This document shows, piece after piece, positions 56,175 through 64,000 of a stretch of 64,000 bases of DNA. Numbering within the stretch: position 1 is the first letter of the stretch; each line of letters starts with the position of its first letter. The notes beneath the pieces were generated by a model. That model had not been told where the DNA came from. It did no database searches and saw only the letters and a list, made by a program, of their open reading frames with translations. This DNA comes from the human T2T-CHM13v2.0 reference genome, Homo sapiens. A program made the translations under genes and the position numbers. The stretch lies in the NCBI RefSeq assembly GCF_009914755.1, contig NC_060933.1; one strand, given 5' to 3'.

Positions 56175-57538
56175 AAAATATATAACACTTTGGAATCAAA
56201 AGGGATGGATTTATGTCTCCATTCTTGCCACTACTAGCAGGAAGACTGCTTGAAAATAGCACTCAGTTTTCCCAGATAGAAACTGAGGATAATGATTAAA
56301 GGCTATTATTCCAAGCAAGGGTTAGTCATTGCTGTTACTATCATTGCAAAACTCTGATAGTTCTAGATTGTAACCAGGAAGATACAATCAACCACAAAAC
56401 TCAGCTTCCTCTGTCACAAATTCTAGATAGAGGTAGCCTTTCATGAGGCTGAGAGATGGAAAAATGAAGCGGGGGGACTCTCTTAGGACACATAAATATG
56501 CAAAAAAATTGCTACGCTTTAGAAAGCTATACATTCAAATCATAGATAAGCTGACATTAGTAGGCAGTGCATGTTCACAAAAAGACCATTAATTAGAAGA
56601 AATGTGAAATATTGTTAATTTCCTTATAGATTTGCCTATGTATAAATGGCCAATTTCACCGTCAATGAGCTCATGCTAAGTACTGAAATAAACTTAGTTT
56701 TAGAGCTTATCTTTGGTTAGTTGAAATCTGTATTGAGTTAGTTGAAATCTATAAGTTGATAGAACAGGCTCTTTAAAATCTATTGCAAGCTTTATACACT
56801 ACAAACAAAAAGATAGAAAAAAGAAAACCTTTCATGAACTCATTGGCTTAGGCAGGTTTTCATGCAGAGTGTAGGTATTGAAGAGTCAGAACGGCTTAAG
56901 GATAGAATTTGGCCAATATATAAAAAAATATATATTTGGTATTTGTTAGTTGTATTATAATTATTCAGAAGTTCAGTTAATACGTGCAGTTGGCTTTGAG
57001 CCCTTAACCAGCTGTATGTGATAAAATCTGTTTCCTTTAGAGCAATTTCTTATATCCTGCCTTGATGCTCCTGTCTTTAATCTTTGCTAAGAGCTGGTGG
57101 TGAATTTGGCTGAATTCAGATTCCGTTTTTCTCTAATTGATTTCTTGAAGAAAATTCTCTATTGGTTGCTTTTCTTTCCTAGATTATGCTTTTAGTCTAT
57201 CCAAATACTTCAGGCTAGAATGTAGGAACTTAGAAGATACAAATCACAAAGCTGTCTCCTCTAGGGATGCTCTCTCTTTCAAATAAGTGACTTAAACAAC
57301 TTATTTTTGTTATCTTGTGTTATGTAATTAATATACCTTTTCCTGGGCTTTCTCTGGCTTTTTTTTTAAATGGACATTATTCAAGTATTTTTTAGAAGTA
57401 AAAAAAAAACAGTACAGTAAAGTTTTTATAACGTTTATTTTGAAGTTGTCAGAGACACCTTTAATATTAGACTGGACAATATCTTTAGTCTTTCTTTTGC
57501 TTTCTTTTGAAGTTTTTATTTGCTAATTGAAAAGAATG

Positions 57539-57627
57539 GAATAATAATAATAATAATAATAAATAAATAATAATAATAAATAATATAAATAAATAAATAA
57601 ATAAATAAAATAAATAAATAATAAAAA
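57539..57627. repeat. (AAT)n/(AAAT)n low-complexity repeat
   Basis: Direct reading. Confidence 0.9.
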
Positions 57628-58807
57628 CATGTTTTTATAAGTGATGGAGTAGTACTTTGCCAAGTGATGAATTTTAACACTCATTTTGATGATTCTTCCT
57701 TATCAAAGCCTTGGATGAAATGATGAAAATGGAAATTTTGAGTGCCTGAAGCTGCTAGAATTGCTTTTAAAGTATTGGGTGTGCCAATTAAGAAGGTGGA
57801 ATATGAAACTCCATGTGGCAACCGCAATTGCATGAAACTAGACTGTAATGGGAACTAAAACCTTGTGCAAAATTGCGGGTTGTTACTTTATCAGGAAGCA
57901 ATTTTAAGTCTATCAATTATATTTAGGAAACAGGCTGCTTTAAATGAATGGAAAAAGTATTGGTTCTTCTCACAGATGACAGAATAGTAATAAGAGCAAT
58001 CCCATGCGAATTAAGTGGGGATGATTTCTGCTTTGGATATTATTTTCTTCATGCATTCAGTGTTATTACTTGCAACTCCAGTTACTTTTTAGCAGGTGAA
58101 AATGGAAAGAGTTTGTCTGAACATGCTGTTGAGGAATCAGTTTATGGAATCAGTTTATGCCTCATGAGTCATTTATCTTCATATCAAGAATTTAAAACTG
58201 CCAAGATTGTCCTCCCAACCTCTCTCACAAACATTCATGAGAGTAGTCTCTAGAGGGGTGAAACAGAATGGTGTAGATAGACAGATCAGTGTAGACCTTG
58301 AGCAAGGCCTCTGAAAAACATCCCCAGACTAAAAGGATCTGTGATGGCATTTTGTGTGTGTGTGGCCAAAACAGAGAACACATTAATTTTCAATATACTT
58401 AAGATCTTAAAAATATATGTCTCATTAAATAAAAATATTGCCAAGTCATGATAGCAATTCAAGAAATTTCCTTTAAGATAGAGTTTGCCAAAAGAACATG
58501 CATGTTACAATTGCACCTCTAGGCTTCCTGCTACAACAAAAAAATCCAGTATAAAATAATTCTTTTCTGGGTTTTTTGTGTTGGGTGGGAAAATATGTAG
58601 GACTACTATTTAGACAGCTCAAATAGGAAGAAATGTGAAGATAGCAATTACTTCAATGCTGAGTACTTTTATATCAAGAAATAGAAAAGGAAACTAAATT
58701 ATTCAGGGAGAAATATCACCTGGATATCTTTTTACAATTAAAATTTTAAATCTGAATTCACTTGTACAGATTGGCACAAGTTATTTTACCTTACAAATGT
58801 AATCATT

Positions 58808-59111
58808 GGCTGGGAGTGGTAGCTCACACCTGTAATTCCAGCACTTTGGGAGGCCGAGGCGGGCAGATCACTTGGGGTCATGAGTTCAAAATCAGCCTAG
58901 CCAACATGGTGAAAACCTGTCTCTACTAAAAATACAAAAATTAGCCGGGCGTGGTGGCTGGTGCCTGTAATCCCAGCTACTCAGGAGGCTGAGGCAGGAG
59001 AATTGCTTGAACCCAGGAGACGGAGGTTGCAGTGAGTCGAGATTTCACCACTGCACTCCAGCCTGGGCGACAGAGAAAGACTCCATCTCAAAAAAAAAAA
59101 AAAAAAAAAAA
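58808..59111 (+). mobile_element. AluSx-like, sense in intron 1
   Basis: Full Alu with A tail; flanking AATCATT on both sides. Confidence 0.92.
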
Positions 59112-59971
59112 GCAATCATTAAGCTTTTCATCTAGCCATTACTTTTGTACAGGCTCTCATTAATTCCACATAGATGGTCTAATGGTCTACTAAATAGTAT
59201 TCTAATCCTCCATCTTGTCTATCTCTTAGCCATTCTCCATGATAAAGGATGAATGGTCTTTCGGAAACATAAATGAAACCATGCTGCTTTAAAAAAACAA
59301 ACAAACAAAAAGAAACCCATTAATGTTTTCCCAAAGCTTTGTGGACACATTGAAGCTTCTTGTTTCAGCTTCTGCCAACATTTCTCGCTCCAGCAAACTT
59401 TCTTCTGCTTCCCAAATATGACAAGCTTCTTCTTTAACTTTTCTGCCAGGTTAATCTTGACTCATTTCAAGAGAGGCTTGGGTCAGCCAGGGCCTACTCT
59501 AAGAAGTTTCTTTAGCCCTTATGTTTTCCTATGGAGAGCACACACTAGCTTTAAGTCCTGAGGGTACTTAAGATGATATTTCAATGTTTTTGTACTCTTA
59601 GTGCTTGGCATATGGTGGGTGGTCTACAAATTTAGAACAATGTAGTGAACCACAAACTCCTCTCTTCAGCCTGTGTGCTTACTTGTAGTAGTTGTCTGAT
59701 CTCTAAAATTTAGAACTGAATATGCCAAGAAAGAGTTCAATTTCAGAGAGGAGGGTATGGTTTCATTTTAAGTATAAAAGCTTCCTTTAAAAAAAATTAC
59801 GTCTTACATTTTGTTATGCTCCTAAGTGTAATTGATCCTGGAAAGTAAGCGCAAGGCTACTCTCTAATGCTAACTCTTATGTATGTAAGAGGTGAGGAAG
59901 GAGAGGTTGTGTGTGGTGCATTTGTTTTGTAAAAGCATCTAACTGTTTTCTTTCCAGACACTTTTTCAAAA

Positions 59972-60037
59972 ATGGCAATGGTATCAGAATTCCTCAAGCA
60001 GGCCTGGTTTATTGAAAATGAAGAGCAGGAATATGTT
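59972..60037 (+). CDS. ANXA1: Annexin A1 coding part of exon 2 (exon 59958-60037), codons 1-22 [22 protein letters not shown]
   Basis: Acceptor TTTTCTTTCCAG|, strong Kozak AAAATGG, donor GTT|GTAAGT; translation matches the annexin A1 N-terminus. Confidence 0.98.
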
Positions 60038-60130
60038 GTAAGTAGAGTGATAATAAAATTATGATTACAATATTGAAATAAAAACGAATATAAGTAAATG
60101 GCCATTAATTTATTTCTCTCTCATTCTTAG

Positions 60131-60239
60131 CAAACTGTGAAGTCATCCAAAGGTGGTCCCGGATCAGCGGTGAGCCCCTATCCTACCTTCAATCCATCCT
60201 CGGATGTCGCTGCCTTGCATAAGGCCATAATGGTTAAAG
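60131..60239 (+). CDS. ANXA1: Annexin A1 exon 3 ([37 protein letters not shown])
   Basis: CATTCTTAG| acceptor, AAAG|GTAACG donor, 109 nt (phase 0 to 1), continuous frame. Confidence 0.98.
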
Positions 60240-60764
60240 GTAACGTGTTTCCTCAAAACAGTTCCCTCCTGGACATTTCAGAATGGCTATTTGAATGACT
60301 GTCAAAAAACAGACATGTGCAATGGAAAGAATCTGTTTCATTTTGAAGATAAAAACATTTCTTTGCCAAACGAAGATGTAATTATTTACTTAACACTGAG
60401 GAAATTGTGTTCACATCAGTGGAATCTCTATTGTTACAGCAGATATTACTGGCTCATTTCTAGCAGAAATTCCATGCTGAAATTAAAAGCTCTGTTCACA
60501 TATAGAGTTGCAACTAGTATCAAACACTGCAACACTGAGGGCCAGGAAAAGTTAATTGTCTCTTCCTTTCTCACTCGAATGAAATGTCATTCTCCCAAGT
60601 GCTTCCTTGATATGTAGTATAGCATCGATTTTTTAGGCTGATATATAATTTATATTTCTTAATTTGTTAAGAAGTTCTTTTGGAGCATCTCAGTAATGAA
60701 TTATTTTATGTCAATTGATGATGAAGAAAATTGGTGTTAAAGGCTGTTGGCCCTTTATTTCCAG

Positions 60765-60859
60765 GTGTGGATGAAGCAACCATCATTGACATTCTAACTA
60801 AGCGAAACAATGCACAGCGTCAACAGATCAAAGCAGCATATCTCCAGGAAACAGGAAAG
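60765..60859 (+). CDS. ANXA1: Annexin A1 exon 4 ([32 protein letters not shown]), annexin repeat 1
   Basis: TTTATTTCCAG| acceptor, AAG|GTAAGT donor, 95 nt (phase 1 to 0). Confidence 0.98.
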
Positions 60860-61698
60860 GTAAGTTAGAGTGGTAAATTTAGATATTTAATTTCAGCATA
60901 GTTATACTTAACCATGGATTCGGAAGCACAGTTACCTAGTTCTTTAAGGTTCTAACCACTGTTTTCTCATTACATCTATGATTGGGATTGCAGTGTTTAT
61001 CCACTTTGTTGCAATTTAATCAATTTTATCAAATTTCCTATTTTTATACATTAGTCATCTTGGTGTATATTGTTTGCAGATGTGGTGCTCTGGGGACAAA
61101 TTTTTAATTTGAACGTAAACATCGAGATTGCTGCTGTCAATAAAGAATATGGTCTGATTGAAATGTACTAATATTTAAACTGAACTGTTTAATGCCTAAA
61201 TTTTATATATAATTCTACTTTAAAAATAAGCCTTATGTCTTTTATACCAAATATGAGTAGTTTTCTAAAGCAATGAAATTAGAAAACTATATAATTTCAG
61301 TATCTGATTATACTGCTTGTTATTTGAGAAGTACAAACCTCAAAGATTGGAAACATGAATATATTATTTTAAAAGTAATTTTACTTCTGTTTTCTGTTAG
61401 CACACAGTCCTCTGTGTTTTGATCTTTGTGATTTCTCCCCTGTGTATAAGATTACTAACCCTATGCTTTAAGAAGTTATTGATGAATTCAGTAAATTTTA
61501 TTTTAATCCCTCTAGATCTGGAAGGGTAAGATAATGTTTCAAAATATTTGGTACACTTTGTATGTGAAGGGAAGAAGCTCTAAAAGATGGTTGGGTTTAG
61601 GGATGAGTTGTACGATGACCTAAAGTCAGGTAATATCACATTTTTTAACCTAGCATGTTACTTATTGGAAGTCCTGATTCTAATCTTTTTTTTTGTAG

Positions 61699-61812
61699 CC
61701 CCTGGATGAAACACTGAAGAAAGCCCTTACAGGTCACCTTGAGGAGGTTGTTTTAGCTCTGCTAAAAACTCCAGCGCAATTTGATGCTGATGAACTTCGT
61801 GCTGCCATGAAG
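61699..61812 (+). CDS. ANXA1: Annexin A1 exon 5 ([38 protein letters not shown])
   Basis: T-tract TGTAG| acceptor, AAG|GTAAAT donor, 114 nt, phase 0/0. Confidence 0.98.
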
Positions 61813-62238
61813 GTAAATCGCCCAATTTGAGCAAACTCCTTTCCTCAAGAGGATGTATTGGGCAAGTCACTTATGCTTATGTTATTTTCAAAATCTAGTA
61901 TAGTACCTGTCAATCAGTGGGAGTTTGAAGAATAAATAAATTAATACCTCAATGAAGGAATTAATATATAAATGAAAACAGAAATGTTGGCACTAACACC
62001 TTCCATGTCATGTCACTATATGAGTCATATATTTGCATTTTTATTTTTACCCAAAATATTGATGATAAACTTGTTTTGTTTTAGGGCAATGTAATAGAGC
62101 TTATTGTAATTATTAAATGTTGTGGGTGAAATTTACTAAATGACAGAGTCAAACAAATTTTGGAACACCAAAAACTCATTGATCCTCTTGCATGAAGATT
62201 TTTTTCTACATTTATCCTTTTCTTCTCTTCAAATTTAG

Positions 62239-62329
62239 GGCCTTGGAACTGATGAAGATACTCTAATTGAGATTTTGGCATCAAGAACTAACAAAGAAAT
62301 CAGAGACATTAACAGGGTCTACAGAGAGG
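62239..62329 (+). CDS. ANXA1: Annexin A1 exon 6 ([30 protein letters not shown]-), annexin repeat 2 with GxGTDE motif; gene continues past the window
   Basis: TTTAG| acceptor, GAGG|GTAAGT donor, 91 nt; KGLGTDE calcium-binding (endonexin) motif. Confidence 0.98.
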
Positions 62330-63320
62330 GTAAGTTGTAATGTCCAACAGTCCAAACGCCTTATTTGAAAAGGAAATCTAATATACTTTCTTAAAATTGA
62401 CTGTCTATGGTAATTATGGCAGCTTTGGAATCTCCACATATCAAAATGTTTCTTTATTGTTTGGCACATGTCTATTAAATGCTGTTACCAGGCAACGCTT
62501 GAGTTGCTAGGTTGCTGACAAGGGAGATGGTGTCCCAATCCGCATCAAGCTTGCGTTTTAATAGAAAATGTTCCTCTAGGATAAATGGCCACATACGATT
62601 ATAATGGAAACCTCAATTCAGAGCATTGAATTTTTAAAAATTTCTGAAAAACACTTTTCTATTATTCTGGAATGTATTTTATAAAAATGTCCCAAGGTCA
62701 TTTTTTTTGAAAAGAATATATAATAACAAAAAAATCTCCTAACAAAATGTTTTTCATTTGTCCTTGAAAAAGTAAAGAATTAGGTGCTTATAATTCTCTG
62801 TTGGAAACCTTAACTTTATCGTTATGAACATAAGAGACTCACTTTATCTCTAGTTAAATTCACAGAATAAAAGACTAGTCTTAGCTTATTTTATCTCTCC
62901 AGTGAAGCATCTCATTTAAATGATGTGCTCAACACTGAAAAGAGGGTAATTGCAAGTCTCTTACCATTTTCCTACTCTCATTTCCCTGAGCTGCTGGCTT
63001 TTTGGCTTTCCCAATGCAATATATGGCATATAGAAGATCTTTCTGCTTGATTCTCATACCAAGCATGGAGAATACAATAGCTTTTGCATATCATTTTCAG
63101 AGGAATTTAATAAAAGAATAAAAATAAGGAAGCTTTTAAACCTCATTTTCTGCAATTCTTATTTAATTACCAATGTTTATGTTAGATCCATGTGTCAGTG
63201 GTAATAATGATGATTATTTTTGTTTGATAAAACATAGTTTATAAAAATAAGTGTTTATATATTTTTCATATGGCCAAGATATAGGCCAGTGATAGTTTAT
63301 TACATTGCCCAGTTTCAAGT

Positions 63321-63690
63321 TGTTTTAGTCCGTTTGTGTTGCTATAAAGAAATATCTGAGACCAAGTAATGTAAAAAGAAAGGAAATACTGTACAAGTAG
63401 TATGGGACCAGCGTCTGCTTTTGATGAGGGCCTCATACTACTTCTACTCATGGCAGAAAGCAGACAGAAGCAGATGTGTGCAGAGAGGGAGAGAGAGAAA
63501 AGGAGGTGCCAGGCTCTTTTCAACAGCCAGTTCTTAAAGAAACTATGAATGAGAACTCACTCCGAGCCATTCATGAGGGATCTGCCCCCATCATCCAAAC
63601 ATCTCCCAACAGGCCCCACCTTCAACAGTGGAGAATAAATTGCAACATGAGACTTGGCAGGGCCAAACAAACAATATGAAAACCATAGCA
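63321..63690 (-). mobile_element. MSTB-like MaLR LTR in intron 6
   Basis: TGTTTTAGTCCGTTTGTGTTGCTATAAAG...CCATTCATGAGGGATCTGCCCCCAT...CAGGCCCCACCT...ACCATAGCA. Confidence 0.85.
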
Positions 63691-64000
63691 CTAGTCAATT
63701 ATAAATTCAATTATTTTTTCCTATTACAGTATTATTTTATGTAGTTAAGCAGAAGTGTTTACACACACATAAATCATCAAACTGCATTACTTATAAGACA
63801 TTTATAGTTTTTAAACTAAATAAATAATTTGCATTCAAGCAAGTACCTCATTTTGTTCTTTTAAACAATTATTTTATTCATTCTATTGCTTAAATTCTGC
63901 CATGTTGTATTTCAGAATTAATTACTAATGTATACCTATACAATTTATTCTTAACGAAAGCTTTATGACTGTGAGTTTTCAATCACAGTATTATCTAAAT

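Overview
Primate, almost certainly human, genomic DNA: AT-rich and dense in Alu, L1, L2, MIR and LTR repeats. About 53 kb of intergenic sequence is followed by the 5' half of ANXA1 (annexin A1) on the + strand. The gene has a CCAAT/TATA promoter (53224/53270), non-coding exon 1 (53301-53360) and coding exons 2-6 (59958-62329; codons 1-158). All exons have canonical GT-AG boundaries, the splice phases are consistent, and the gene continues beyond the window. None of the supplied ORFs is a real gene; the six 400-470 aa ORFs come from a ~1.35 kb purine-pyrimidine alternating minisatellite. I do not see a convincing new biological system. The most interesting sequence-supported observations are: (1) a BC200 (BCYRN1) RNA retrocopy with target-site duplications ~0.5 kb upstream of the TSS; (2) a cryptic intron-1 exon that would add an in-frame 11-aa N-terminal extension (MNLILRYTFSK), with an exonisation-ready antisense Alu just behind it; (3) a ~72-nt hairpin in intron 1; (4) the polarised, palindrome-rich VNTR; (5) an AP-1-dense, Z-DNA-forming enhancer candidate ~52 kb upstream; (6) several nested transposon insertions. 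Repeat family names are from memory of consensus sequences; no search was run and old-repeat boundaries are approximate.
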